The notes under the pieces were generated by a model. The model made no database searches and was not told where the DNA came from. It was given only the letters and a program-made list of their open reading frames with translations. From positions 3,230 through 67,229 of the forward strand of contig DIRJ01000052.1 of the NCBI GenBank assembly GCA_002427505.1: DNA of 64,000 nt, read 5' to 3'. Positions 29,322-39,024 of this stretch are shown piece after piece (the first letter of the stretch is position 1; each line of letters starts with the position of its first letter). Origin of the DNA: Mageeibacillus sp. UBA5439 (GTDB lineage: Bacteria; Bacillota; Clostridia; Saccharofermentanales; DTU023). The position numbers and the translations under genes were made by a program.

Positions 29322-30205
29322 GAGGGTCTCTCCAAACTGATTCTGGCAATTTTACCTGAGCGAAAATCAGCAAGGAGCATGCGGGCGAAACGCTCAGTAT
29401 CAATGCGGCCGCCGCTCAAAATACAACCTTTATGCCGGGCAGCCTCCAGGTATATATTGTAGAAACCGGCGAAATCCTCCAGATCTGCCGGAGCATCGAA
29501 TTTCAAATTATAGCGCTCTGCCAGTTCTGCCGGATAATGCCGGTAAATTTCTCTGAAAAGACGAAAAGCCAGGTCTTCCAGGGGTAAGATATCATCTTTG
29601 ATAGCGCCGCTGGCAGCCAGGGCGAAAGCGGCCTGGTCTGAGGAAATCTTTGTTTCCAGTAGGCCGGGTGAATCCAGCAGTTCAAATTCAGTGCCGACGC
29701 GCAGCCAGCGTATGGATCTGGTTACACCGGGTCTGGATTCAACGGGAGCACTGCGCTTACCGATCAGAGCATTGACCAGCGTTGATTTGCCGGTATTGGG
29801 CACGCCGCCGACTAAAATACGCAGGGGTCTGGCCTGCCGCCCTCTGTTTTGCGCAGCTTCCAGAAGAGGCTGATGATACTTATCAAGTTCTTTGCGCAAT
29901 CTGACAAGATCAGAAGCAGAGTTGAGACAGAGGGCTAATGCCCTCAGCTTTTCTTTTTGAATGTAAAAACTCAGCCAGTCTTCTGTTACTGCGGGATCAG
30001 CCAGATCAGCATGTGATAATAACAAGAGATGCTCTTTATTCTGTGATAATTTACTAAGCAAAGGATTCCTGCTGCTAATGGGCAGACGGGCATCAGCAAC
30101 CTCGACCAGCAGGTCTACACGACTTAACTGCTCTTTTATCTGCCTGGTAGACCGTGCCATGTGACCCGGATACCATTGAATATTTCTGTCTTTGCGGTCA
30201 GCCAT
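29318..30205 (-). CDS. rbgA: Ribosome biogenesis GTPase A (RbgA/YlqF)
   Basis: IQWYPGHMARS. Circularly permuted GTPase with G1 motif GVPNTGKSTLVN. ATGA overlap with rnhB. Start at ATG 30205. Confidence 0.93.
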   Translation of the reverse strand: MADRKDRNIQWYPGHMARSTRQIKEQLSRVDLLVEVADARLPISSRNPLLSKLSQNKEHLLLLSHADLADPAVTEDWLSFYIQKEKLRALALCLNSASDLVRLRKELDKYHQPLLEAAQNRGRQARPLRILVGGVPNTGKSTLVNALIGKRSAPVESRPGVTRSIRWLRVGTEFELLDSPGLLETKISSDQAAFALAASGAIKDDILPLEDLAFRLFREIYRHYPAELAERYNLKFDAPADLEDFAGFYNIYLEAARHKGCILSGGRIDTERFARMLLADFRSGKIARISLERPS

Positions 30206-30218
30206 GTTTAACTCCTGT

Positions 30219-30248
30219 AAAAGAAAAAGGACGGTCTTAACCGTCCTC
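30219..30248 (-). terminator. Intrinsic terminator after rplS
   Basis: Minus strand AGGACGG-TTAAGA-CCGTCCT followed by TTTTCTTTT. Ends 14 nt before the rbgA ATG. Confidence 0.75.
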
Positions 30249-30303
30249 ATCTACTAGCTTCATAAAGGCAAAATGCTCAGTTTAATCTGATCGGTTCCTG
30301 CCC

Positions 30304-30663
30304 TTAATCATCTTTTTTGCTGACTAGACGTTCTTTGACCCGTGTACGTTTTCCGACGCGGTCGCGTAAGTAATACAGTTTAGCACGACGTACTTTACCT
30401 TTGCGCAGTACTTCTATTTCAGCGATCTTGGGTGAATGCAGCGGAAAGACTCTTTCCACGCCGACACCATACGATACACGACGCACCGTAATGGTCTCGC
30501 TCAGTCCTGAACCCTTACGGGCGATAACTGTTCCCTCAAAGATCTGGATGCGCTCGCGAGCGCCTTCCGTTATTCTGAGATGAACATTTACACGGTCGCC
30601 TATCTCAATATAGTCGAAATCGCCTTTAAGCTGGGATTGTTCTACCGCTTTAATTAAGTCCAT
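30304..30663 (-). CDS. rplS: 50S ribosomal protein L19
   Basis: MDLIKAVEQ...GDRV.VH....[11 protein letters not shown]. Start at the ATG after AAAGGAGG. Confidence 0.97.
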   Translation of the reverse strand: MDLIKAVEQSQLKGDFDYIEIGDRVNVHLRITEGARERIQIFEGTVIARKGSGLSETITVRRVSYGVGVERVFPLHSPKIAEIEVLRKGKVRRAKLYYLRDRVGKRTRVKERLVSKKDD

Positions 30664-30738
30664 ATTGCGTACCTCCTTTTTTATCATTAGAGATGTTCAT
30701 GCACGCAATTGCAGCGGACCATCCCACAAACCTTTAGC

Positions 30739-30767
30739 ATTCTAGCAGATTAGTTAAAGCTGTTCAA
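30739..30767 (-). promoter_or_regulatory. rplS promoter TTGAAC-17-TAGAAT
   Basis: Minus strand hexamers at 30767-30762 and 30744-30739, giving a leader of about 70 nt ahead of rplS. Confidence 0.6.
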
Positions 30768-30795
30768 GCTCTTAATACAATCAGCCGTACCTGCT

Positions 30796-31536
30796 TCAGT
30801 CTGATTCTTCTTCCTCCAGCCACAGCAAGAAATCCTTGATCTGCTCATAGCTTAATTCCATATTATCCAGCAGATCCGGCCTCATTTTAATTGTCTGCCA
30901 TAAGCTGTCATTACTGCGGTGCCGCTTGATCCGGGCGTCATGTCCAGACAAAAGCACTGCAGGCACATGGCGATCACGCCACTGTTCGGGTCTTGTATAC
31001 TGGCGTTCAGACAAAAGGCCGCTGCTGAATGACTCATCCTGCCAGGCCTCTTCGCTGACGAGAACGCCGTTAAGAAGTCTCGCAGTCGCATCAATGATGA
31101 GACATGCCGGCAGTTCACCGCCTGTAAGTATGAAGTCACCGACTGAAACCGGCTCGGCACCGATCTCATCTATAACCCGGGCGTCGATGCCTTCGTAGTG
31201 GCCACAGAGCAAAATAAGATGATCCTCTGCTGCCAGTTCTTCTGCCATTTTCTGATCAAAGCTGCGACCGCCTGCCTGCATGACTAAGGTTCTGGCGCCA
31301 GTGTCGCCAGCTCTCGCCTGCTGCCAGGCCCGGTAAACGGGTTCGCACATCATCAGCATGCCGGCACCGCCCCCATAGAGGCTGTCATCAACCTGGCCGT
31401 AATCATTAATGGCAAAGTCTCGAATCTGAATGGTTTCAAACTGAAACAATTCTCGTTCCAAAGCACGTCCGAGAATACTGCTTCTGACGTAAGTCTCAAG
31501 CAGTTCCGGAAAAAGCGTCAGAACTGTAAACTTCAT
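30796..31536 (-). CDS. trmD: tRNA (guanine37-N1)-methyltransferase TrmD
   Basis: MKFTVLTLFPE...; CGHYEGIDARV; LTGGELPA. Confidence 0.96.
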   Translation of the reverse strand: MKFTVLTLFPELLETYVRSSILGRALERELFQFETIQIRDFAINDYGQVDDSLYGGGAGMLMMCEPVYRAWQQARAGDTGARTLVMQAGGRSFDQKMAEELAAEDHLILLCGHYEGIDARVIDEIGAEPVSVGDFILTGGELPACLIIDATARLLNGVLVSEEAWQDESFSSGLLSERQYTRPEQWRDRHVPAVLLSGHDARIKRHRSNDSLWQTIKMRPDLLDNMELSYEQIKDFLLWLEEEESD

Positions 31537-31559
31537 TCTTTAGTACCTGCACCCCGCCT

Positions 31560-32093
31560 TTATTGGTTACTCCGGCGATAGAGTTCATATAAGCCGTCGG
31601 GCAGTTTTACCCGGATACGTTCATTCTGCTGATCAATCTCAACAATGTTCTGCCTGATAAAAGGAATCAGGAGGTCAGCTTCACCCGCCTTTTCCACAAG
31701 CAAGACATAGTGTGCGCCGGTGTCAAACATATCTGTCAGTTTTCCTAATTCACCATATTCCCGGTCGAATACATGCAGACCGATCAGATCCGCAGTGTAA
31801 TACTCATTCTCGGATAATGGCAGGCCATCCTCACGTCTGACAAAAAGCTGTGTTCCGCGCTGTTTCAGCGCCTCTTCCCTGCTTGTGATACCCGAAAGAC
31901 CAAGGATTGCACCCTTGCTTGAAAAGTTTACGCTCTCAACCTTACGTTCAGTTTCTCCGGAGTCAGAACAGCAGATCAGACTAAGGCCGGGTTTGAAGCG
32001 TCGCTTGTCGTCACTGAAAACTTCAATCGACAGCTCGCCCCTGACACCATGTGCACCCTGTACTTCTCCGACTAAAAGCAGCTTCCGTATCAT
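31560..32093 (-). CDS. rimM: 16S rRNA processing protein RimM
   Basis: VGEVQGAHGVRGEL N-terminal barrel plus PRC barrel. ATGA overlap with the upstream KH gene. Confidence 0.92.
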   Translation of the reverse strand: MIRKLLLVGEVQGAHGVRGELSIEVFSDDKRRFKPGLSLICCSDSGETERKVESVNFSSKGAILGLSGITSREEALKQRGTQLFVRREDGLPLSENEYYTADLIGLHVFDREYGELGKLTDMFDTGAHYVLLVEKAGEADLLIPFIRQNIVEIDQQNERIRVKLPDGLYELYRRSNQ

Positions 32094-32320
32094 TCGACGA
32101 TATCTACGATGATGCGGACTCCGTCAATTGTGCCTTTGGCCTTCATGACTGAACGAATAGCATTAGCTCTTTTCCCGCCTTTGCCGATAATTCGTCCCAT
32201 ATCATCTGGATCAACCTTGACCTCAAGCTTGATTTTTTTTCCTTCTCTGCTTTCTTCAATTTGAAGCTCTTCCGGATGATGTAGCAAAGGTTTAACAACC
32301 GTTTTTAAGAGTTCTTTCAT
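32090..32320 (-). CDS. KH-domain RNA-binding protein (YlqC/UPF0109)
   Basis: GRIIGKGGKRANAIRSVMKA KH motif. Conserved position between rpsP and rimM. Confidence 0.9.
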   Translation of the reverse strand: MKELLKTVVKPLLHHPEELQIEESREGKKIKLEVKVDPDDMGRIIGKGGKRANAIRSVMKAKGTIDGVRIIVDIVE

Positions 32321-32323
32321 GAA

Positions 32324-32686
32324 TTACTCCTTTTCAGCAGCTACGGTTTCGGCTTCCTCTTCAACAAAGTTTTTTTCAGCGGCAGGAGCCTCAAGAGCTA
32401 CTTTGCCAGCTTTGGCTGAATCTTCAGCTGATGCAGTACTTGCTTCCAGCACATTATTGTAATGCAGGAGCTTGCGTACTGTCTCTGTCGGTTGAGCGCC
32501 GGTTCCGAGCCAATACTTTACTCTCTCAGCATCAACTTTAAAAGTAGATGGCTGAGTATGAGGATTGTAGGTGCCGATCTCTTCAATAAAGCGACCGTCA
32601 CGAGGTGAGCGAATGTCGGCTACCACTACGCGATAGTAAGGCTGTTTCTTTTTACCGACTCTTTTTAATCTGATTTTTACTGCCAT
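32324..32686 (-). CDS. rpsP: 30S ribosomal protein S16 (with about 35-aa Ala/Glu-rich C-terminal tail)
   Basis: [24 protein letters not shown]. Confidence 0.96.
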   Translation of the reverse strand: MAVKIRLKRVGKKKQPYYRVVVADIRSPRDGRFIEEIGTYNPHTQPSTFKVDAERVKYWLGTGAQPTETVRKLLHYNNVLEASTASAEDSAKAGKVALEAPAAEKNFVEEEAETVAAEKE

Positions 32687-32742
32687 TTTGTCCTCCTAGA
32701 CAAACTATTCTTTGTTATTGAAAAACGGTTAAACCGAAATTT

Positions 32743-34092
32743 CTACCATTTGAAGCTGTTGGGGTCAAATTGCTGGCGCTTGCGTTTACCTCGCCTGCCA
32801 CCCATATTTCCGAACTGCTGCATCAGTTTGAGTGAGTCATTATACTGACGCACAACCTGATTTACTGCCTGAACACTGGTTCCGGAGCCACTGGCGATGC
32901 GCTTGCGGCGGCTGGCATTAAGCAATTTCGGGTTTTCGCGCTCAGCCAGAGTCATCGACTGAATGATCGCACGTACAGTGAACAACTGACTCTCATCTAC
33001 ATCGAGCTGGGCTGCTTTCCCCCCCATACCCGGTATCATGGAAAGCATATCCTTCAGCGAACCCATATTCTGAATCTGTTCGAGCTGTTCCAGCATGTCC
33101 TGCATGGTAAAGCGATTCTGCCGCAAACGATCCAGACTTTTCTGTGCCTTCTCCTCATCCAGAGTCTGTTCGGCTTTTTCGATTAATGAAAGTACATCAC
33201 CCATGCCGAGGATTCGGGATGCCAGACGATCCGGATAGAAGGCTTCCAAATCTCCGACCTGCTCACCTGTACCAATAATCTTGATCGGTTTGCCGGTCAT
33301 TTTACGGATGGAAAGAGCAGCGCCGCCCCGGGCATCACCATCGAGTTTAGTCATGATGAAGCCGTCCAGACCGATCTGCTCTTCAAATTGGCGGGCGATC
33401 TCTACTGCTTCCTGACCAATCATAGCGTCTACAATGAGCAGACGCTCATCAGCATGCACGACCTGATCAATGTCACGCAATTCCTGCATCATTTCATCAT
33501 CAATGGTCATGCGGCCGGCTGTATCAACAATCAGTGTGTCACACAGCAGGTACTTGGCCCGGTCAAGCCCCTCCCGGGCAATTTTTGCCGCAGATTTTTC
33601 CGCCGGATTTATGTAAAAAGGAACATCAATACTCTTGGCTAAAGCTGCCAGCTGATCCTGCGCTGCCGGCCGATGTACGTCTACGGAGACAAGTAAGGGT
33701 TTCTTCCCCTTCTTGCGCAAATGAAGCGCTAATTTAGCCGCTGTGGTCGTTTTACCGGCACCTTGCAGGCCGTACAACATAAAGACGGTGAAACCGCTGG
33801 GAGAAACAGCAAGTTTCTCCGGCTCACCCAGAACTTCCAGCAAAGCTTCGTGTACAATTTTGACAACCTGTTGTCCGGGTGTCAGCGATTTCATGACATC
33901 GGAACCCAGGGCTTTTTCATTTATATAATCCGCCAGTTCCTTGACGACGCCATAGTGGACGTCTGCCTCCAGAAGAGCCAGGCGGATTTCACGCATCATT
34001 TCTTTAATATCTTTTTCACTGACCCGGCTTTTACCGCGCATTTTATCGGTAATAGCTGAGAGTCTGGAGGTCAATCCTTCCAGGATGGCCAT
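32743..34092 (-). CDS. ffh: Signal recognition particle protein Ffh
   Basis: NG domain GLQGAGKTTTAAKLA, DTAGR, TKLDGDARGG. Met-rich M domain. Start at MAILEGLTSRL after GAAGGAG. Confidence 0.97.
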   Translation of the reverse strand: MAILEGLTSRLSAITDKMRGKSRVSEKDIKEMMREIRLALLEADVHYGVVKELADYINEKALGSDVMKSLTPGQQVVKIVHEALLEVLGEPEKLAVSPSGFTVFMLYGLQGAGKTTTAAKLALHLRKKGKKPLLVSVDVHRPAAQDQLAALAKSIDVPFYINPAEKSAAKIAREGLDRAKYLLCDTLIVDTAGRMTIDDEMMQELRDIDQVVHADERLLIVDAMIGQEAVEIARQFEEQIGLDGFIMTKLDGDARGGAALSIRKMTGKPIKIIGTGEQVGDLEAFYPDRLASRILGMGDVLSLIEKAEQTLDEEKAQKSLDRLRQNRFTMQDMLEQLEQIQNMGSLKDMLSMIPGMGGKAAQLDVDESQLFTVRAIIQSMTLAERENPKLLNASRRKRIASGSGTSVQAVNQVVRQYNDSLKLMQQFGNMGGRRGKRKRQQFDPNSFKW

Positions 34093-34093
34093 A

Positions 34094-34462
34094 TTATGAA
34101 TCTCCTTCTTGTGATCGGTTAAGGCTGCGATCCAATTGTTCAATCAGCACTTGCAGTTTCTTGCAATTATTATTCTTAACTTCCAGTTTAAGCTCCTCCA
34201 GGAGACGATTAAGTTCGCGATGCTGACCGACCAGGGCCAGGCTTGCTTCAATCTCGGTCAGGCGTTCCACTCCCCTGCGGATCACGGAGTGAACAGCCTG
34301 CCGCGAAGTACCATCTATCTCAGCAATTTCAGAGAGTGACAAATCATCATCGTAGTAAAGAGTTAAAAGATCTCTTTGCCGTCCGGTGAGAAGTCCACTA
34401 TAAAAGTCCATCAAAAGACAGATGTCTGTATGTGAAAGATTTTGTTGTATCTTAATATCCAC
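34094..34462 (-). CDS. ylxM: YlxM/UPF0122 putative helix-turn-helix protein
   Basis: LLMDFYSGLLTGRQRDLLTLYYDDDLSLSEIAE matches the B. subtilis YlxM core. Start is uncertain: GTG at 34462 without an RBS (possibly leaderless) or ATG at 34411. Confidence 0.8.
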   Translation of the reverse strand: MDIKIQQNLSHTDICLLMDFYSGLLTGRQRDLLTLYYDDDLSLSEIAEIDGTSRQAVHSVIRRGVERLTEIEASLALVGQHRELNRLLEELKLEVKNNNCKKLQVLIEQLDRSLNRSQEGDS

Positions 34463-34469
34463 AGACTAG

Positions 34470-34497
34470 ATTTTACCATGAAAAGATAAACTGTCAA
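34470..34497 (-). promoter_or_regulatory. ylxM-ffh promoter TTGACA-16-TGgTAAAAT (extended -10)
   Basis: Minus strand: TTGACA (34497-34492), 16-nt spacer ending in TGG, TAAAAT (34475-34470). The -35 lies inside the ftsY terminator stem. Confidence 0.65.
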
Positions 34498-34518
34498 GTA
34501 AAATAGTTGACAGTTTAT
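34486..34518 (-). terminator. Hairpin at the ftsY stop codon (terminator/attenuator)
   Basis: ATAAACTGTCAA-9 nt-TTGACAGTTTAT, a perfect 12-bp stem. On the minus strand it starts within the TAA stop and is followed by CTTTTC. Confidence 0.6.
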
Positions 34519-35426
34519 GCGGACGGTAAAAGTGCCTCTATAAAGAGTTTCTTATCAAAATCCTGAAGGTCATCGGCCTGTTCTCCCAGTCCGGCTAAAA
34601 CCAGAGGCAGACCCGTTTCCTTGGCAACAGCAACGGCAACTCCGCCTTTGGCATTACCGTCCAGCTTACTGATTACAAGTCCGCTGACTTCGATCGCCTC
34701 ATGAAAGGCTCTGGCCTGGATAACTGCATTCTGCCCGGTAGTGGCATCCAGAACCAGCAGTGTTTCGACCTTGGCATCCGGAGCTTCCCGCTGGATCACG
34801 CGTTTGATCTTAGCCAGTTCATCCATCAGATTCTTTTTCGTGTGGAGGCGCCCGGCGGTATCCACAATCAGAAGTTCAGTTTTACGTGCTTTGGCGGATT
34901 GAATGGCATCAAATACTACTGCTGCCGGATCTGAACCTATTTCGTGTGAGATTACAGGCGTGTCAGTACGTTCGCCCCATTCCTTCAGCTGCTCAATAGC
35001 CGCTGCGCGAAAAGTATCAGCTGCTGCCATCATCACCCGGTGTCCCTCGCTTTTGTAACGATGAGCCAGCTTGGCGGCTGTGGTAGTTTTGCCGGTGCCG
35101 TTAACTCCGACCATGAGAAAAATATTCAGCTCACCGGGTGCCAGCATCAGCTTTTTGTCCTCCAGCATCGACAGTAGTTTTTCCCGCAAAACACTGATAA
35201 CGGATGCATGGCTGGCGTCTCCGCTTGTGCGTATGTGTTCACGTATACTGTCAATGGCCTCGGCAGCAGCCGGCAAGCCACAGTCTGCAGCAACCAAAGT
35301 CATTTCCAGCTCATCAAGCATATCTTCATCGTAACTGCCAAACTCAGCCGCTATGCGGGTCATCTGGTTTGTGAAAAAGTCTCTGGTCTTGCTCAGACCC
35401 TGCTTAAACTTGTCAAATATTGCCAT
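34515..35426 (-). CDS. ftsY: Signal recognition particle receptor FtsY (NG domain only)
   Basis: GVNGTGKTTTAAKLA, DTAGRLH, SKLDGNAKGG. Confidence 0.96.
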   Translation of the reverse strand: MAIFDKFKQGLSKTRDFFTNQMTRIAAEFGSYDEDMLDELEMTLVAADCGLPAAAEAIDSIREHIRTSGDASHASVISVLREKLLSMLEDKKLMLAPGELNIFLMVGVNGTGKTTTAAKLAHRYKSEGHRVMMAAADTFRAAAIEQLKEWGERTDTPVISHEIGSDPAAVVFDAIQSAKARKTELLIVDTAGRLHTKKNLMDELAKIKRVIQREAPDAKVETLLVLDATTGQNAVIQARAFHEAIEVSGLVISKLDGNAKGGVAVAVAKETGLPLVLAGLGEQADDLQDFDKKLFIEALLPSA

Positions 35427-35429
35427 ATA

Positions 35430-38400
35430 TTACTCCTGGTCCACATTGGATAACTTCATGGAAAGAACCCGGGAAATCCCTCTTTCCTGCATTGTGACTC
35501 CATAAAGACGGTCTGCAGCTTCCATGGTCGGTTTGCGGTGAGTGACCAGTATAAACTGCATCTGGTCGGAATAGCGTTTGATGTAATCTGCGAAACGCTG
35601 ACCATTTACATCATCCAAAGACGATTCTATTTCATCAAAAACAACAAAAGGTGTCGGTTTTAACTGTAGTATTGCAAAAATCAAAGCTATCGCGGTCAGA
35701 CAGCGTTCTCCGCCTGACAATAAAGAAAGACGTGACAGCTTCTTGCCCGGGGGCTGGGCTCTGATTTCAATATTGGCATCCAGGATATCCTCAGATTCAG
35801 ATAAACTGAGCTGCGCGATCCCGCCGTTAAAGAGATCTGAAAAGACCTGTGAAAAATTCTGATTTATACGATGGAAGGTTTCCTGAAAACGCTCTCTCAT
35901 AGCATGTTCCAGGCTGGAAATAACTTCCTTCAGCTCGCTGCGGGCATTCTCAATATCTTTACGTTGGGCTTCACTTGATGCGAGTCTCTGGCTGAGCGCC
36001 TCGTAATCGTTTAAAGCATTGTGATTGATGGCGCCCATTCCTTCGAGTTCATTCTTGATCCGGTTACGCTCTCTCCTGGCTTGAGTCAGAGAATCAATTT
36101 CCACAGTTTTCCCTTCAATCTCATGCAAGGTCAGATTATATGTTTCCCAGATTCGATTGAGGAGGTCGTCTCTTTGTTCGGCGATGCGCTCCCGGGCCGC
36201 TTCCTGTTTAGCCTTGCTGCTGCGCAGCAGACCCAGTTGTTCGCTCTTGCTCTGTAAATTCAGATATAGCTCGCGCTTTTCCTGCTGCATGGAGACCTGC
36301 CGCTGTGAGGAAAGCTGCAGAGACTGTTCCAGCTTTTTTAGTTCTTGCCCGATGACTTCCAGACTGGCATGGGCTGTTATGATGTTTTCCTGCTCTGCCT
36401 TAATACGCAAACGATAAGATTCAAGACTATCATCAATTTCAACTATTCTCTGCCTGTGTTTTTCTTCCTCTTCGTCTGAACGCTGCAGGTTACTGTTTAC
36501 TTCCTGCAAGGCTTCCTGCAGAGAGTGCAATGATATTTCCAGATGTGTAACGTCATCACGCAAAAGTTCGCGTTGTTCGGAAGCACTGCGGTTTTCCGTC
36601 TCAGCCTGAGCAATCTTCTCATCCAGGCCGGTGATCTGTTCCCGCAGGGAGACGGACTTCTGCTCCGCAGCCTGATATACAGTCAGGCTTCTGTCTATCT
36701 GACCTCTGGTTTTTTCAATAGCGCTTTGTCGCTTGCAGACTGAGTTTTTTAAAGACGTTAAGTGATTGTCCTTACTCTTGTAATCAAACTCGTTTTCAGC
36801 AAAAACAGAGCGCTGCTGACTGAGTCTGGTCAAGCTGTCTTCTTCTCGGGCAGCGGCCAGATGCAGCCGGTCCAGCGCAGCATTATATTCAGTCTCGATG
36901 CTTGTGATCTTCTTTGCAAGATTAAGGCGCTCCTGCTGTAAGGCCCTGATCCGTGCCGGTCGGCCAGCCAGTCCGCTCTGTTTCTTGCTCAGAGAACCAC
37001 CACTCATGGAACCGCCGGGATACATAATATCTCCGCTGCGGCTGACTATGCGATATTTGCGGCCGCTCTTACGTGCGATCTTAATAGCGTCCTCCAGACT
37101 GTCTGCTATTAAGACACGACCCAGAGCAAAATCCAATACGTTTTCCAGACCGGGCCGGATCTTAATTAAATCGGAGGCCAGGCCGACAAATCCTGTTTCA
37201 GCAGCCAGAGCATCCAAACTTCTCTGGTCTATTTTTTTGACCTGCAGGGCAGCCTGCGGCAAAAAGGTTACTCGCCCTAAATGACCTTCTCTTAAGAACT
37301 CTATCAGGGTTTTTGCTGTTTCCTCAGTGTCACAAACGATATTGTGCACCATTGCCCCCAAAGCGACATCGACTGCCAGAGCCAAATCTTCCGGAATGCT
37401 GAGTAAAGAACCCAGAGGACCGACAACTCCTCTTTTCAGATCTTCTTGTTGCGAGACAGCCTGCATCAGATCTTTGACCGGTTTCTGATAACCTTCAAAA
37501 TTCTGTTCCAGACGACTCAATGTATCTTCTTCATAGGCACGGTGACGTTCAGTATCTTTCAGCTGCATGATACTCTGATCAATGTCTTCCAGCTGCTTTT
37601 CCGCTGCGATTCTGTCGGCTTTCGTCTCAGCGGCAGCCTGCTCGAGCAGAACAAGTTCCGCCCGCAGTTTTTCCAGCTGTACAGTAACCTCTTCCAAAGC
37701 GAAGGCAGCGCGATTGAGATCCGATTGATCACCTAACAACTCAGCACTGGAAACAGCTAACTGGTCCTGCAGAAAACTGCTTTCGGCTTTAGCGCTCTGC
37801 AGGTCGCTGTTGACTTGAAATAAACTGTCTTTCAGCTCTTCTCTGCTTGTCCGCAAAGCATCTGTCTCTTTTTCACTTATGCTTAAGCCGCTTTCTGCAG
37901 CTGCTAAAGCTTTTTTAGCTTCCTGGAGACGAGACTCATAGCTTTTACATTGTTTTTCCAGCTGACGATGACGTTCCTGCCGGTCGATTACTGTGTTGGC
38001 TAGAAGTGAAATCTGTTCATTCAGACGCAGCTTTTCTGCTTCCAGTTGCTGGATACGTTCTTCAGAAGAAGATTTTTTTTCACGGGAAAGAGCAATAGTG
38101 CCGGTAGTATCAGCCAGTTTGACGGAAAGTTCGTTATGGGCTTTACGCTCAGCATCAACTCTGATTTCCAATTCAGCTATCTCATCATCAAGCTTGCTGT
38201 TTTTCTTGTTTATTGCAGCTAAAGCAGCTTCCGCATCTATCAGTTCCAGTGCTGCAATGCTTTGATTTGTTTCTGCTTCATCGGCTTGCTGCTCAAATTC
38301 TTTAATCTGTTTCCAGGACAGGCTGATGTCCAGCTTTTGATATCTGTCGTTTAGCTGGCTGTAGCGTCTGGCATCTGCAGCCTGCTGTTTCAGGGGGCCG

Positions 38401-39002
38401 GCCTGCCGCCGCAGTTCTTCCAGAATGTCGTCAACCCTTAGCAAGTTCTGATTGGCAGCTTCCAGACGGCGCTCAGATTCGGCTTTTCTGGCCTTATAGT
38501 GGACAATACCCGAAGCTTCATCGAAAATCAGGCGTCTGTCATCAGAGCGCTCATTAAGTATTTCATCAATCTTTCCCTGACCTACAATCGAATAACCGTC
38601 CAGGCCGATACCGGTATCAACTAATAAAGTATTTATATCCTTAAGTCTGCATGCTGTTTTATTTATGAAATATTCGCTCTCACCTGAGCGGTGATAGCGT
38701 CTCGATATGCTGACTGTATCATAGTCCAGATCAAAGACACGTTTTGAGTTATCAAAAGTCAGAATTACCTCAGCATAACTCATAGCCCGGCGCTGGGCAG
38801 TGCCGCTGAAGATCATGTCTGACATCCGCTGTCCACGCAGAATCCTGGCACTTTGTTCACTAAGTCCCCACCTGATAGCATCAGTGACATTAGATTTGCC
38901 ACTGCCATTAGGTCCTACTATAGCTGTAATGCCGGTGTCAAGATCAATCCTCGTTGCTTCGGGAAAAGACTTAAAACCAAGTATTTCTAACGATAAGAGC
39001 AC
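35430..39002 (-). CDS. smc: Chromosome segregation protein SMC
   Basis: Walker A GPNGSGKSN. Long coiled coils and a hinge. C-terminal LSGGE signature and Walker B FVVFDEIESSLD. GTG start. Confidence 0.96.
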   Translation of the reverse strand: MLLSLEILGFKSFPEATRIDLDTGITAIVGPNGSGKSNVTDAIRWGLSEQSARILRGQRMSDMIFSGTAQRRAMSYAEVILTFDNSKRVFDLDYDTVSISRRYHRSGESEYFINKTACRLKDINTLLVDTGIGLDGYSIVGQGKIDEILNERSDDRRLIFDEASGIVHYKARKAESERRLEAANQNLLRVDDILEELRRQAGPLKQQAADARRYSQLNDRYQKLDISLSWKQIKEFEQQADEAETNQSIAALELIDAEAALAAINKKNSKLDDEIAELEIRVDAERKAHNELSVKLADTTGTIALSREKKSSSEERIQQLEAEKLRLNEQISLLANTVIDRQERHRQLEKQCKSYESRLQEAKKALAAAESGLSISEKETDALRTSREELKDSLFQVNSDLQSAKAESSFLQDQLAVSSAELLGDQSDLNRAAFALEEVTVQLEKLRAELVLLEQAAAETKADRIAAEKQLEDIDQSIMQLKDTERHRAYEEDTLSRLEQNFEGYQKPVKDLMQAVSQQEDLKRGVVGPLGSLLSIPEDLALAVDVALGAMVHNIVCDTEETAKTLIEFLREGHLGRVTFLPQAALQVKKIDQRSLDALAAETGFVGLASDLIKIRPGLENVLDFALGRVLIADSLEDAIKIARKSGRKYRIVSRSGDIMYPGGSMSGGSLSKKQSGLAGRPARIRALQQERLNLAKKITSIETEYNAALDRLHLAAAREEDSLTRLSQQRSVFAENEFDYKSKDNHLTSLKNSVCKRQSAIEKTRGQIDRSLTVYQAAEQKSVSLREQITGLDEKIAQAETENRSASEQRELLRDDVTHLEISLHSLQEALQEVNSNLQRSDEEEEKHRQRIVEIDDSLESYRLRIKAEQENIITAHASLEVIGQELKKLEQSLQLSSQRQVSMQQEKRELYLNLQSKSEQLGLLRSSKAKQEAARERIAEQRDDLLNRIWETYNLTLHEIEGKTVEIDSLTQARRERNRIKNELEGMGAINHNALNDYEALSQRLASSEAQRKDIENARSELKEVISSLEHAMRERFQETFHRINQNFSQVFSDLFNGGIAQLSLSESEDILDANIEIRAQPPGKKLSRLSLLSGGERCLTAIALIFAILQLKPTPFVVFDEIESSLDDVNGQRFADYIKRYSDQMQFILVTHRKPTMEAADRLYGVTMQERGISRVLSMKLSNVDQE

Positions 39003-39024
39003 GTCTTCCCATTCCTTACTTTAA

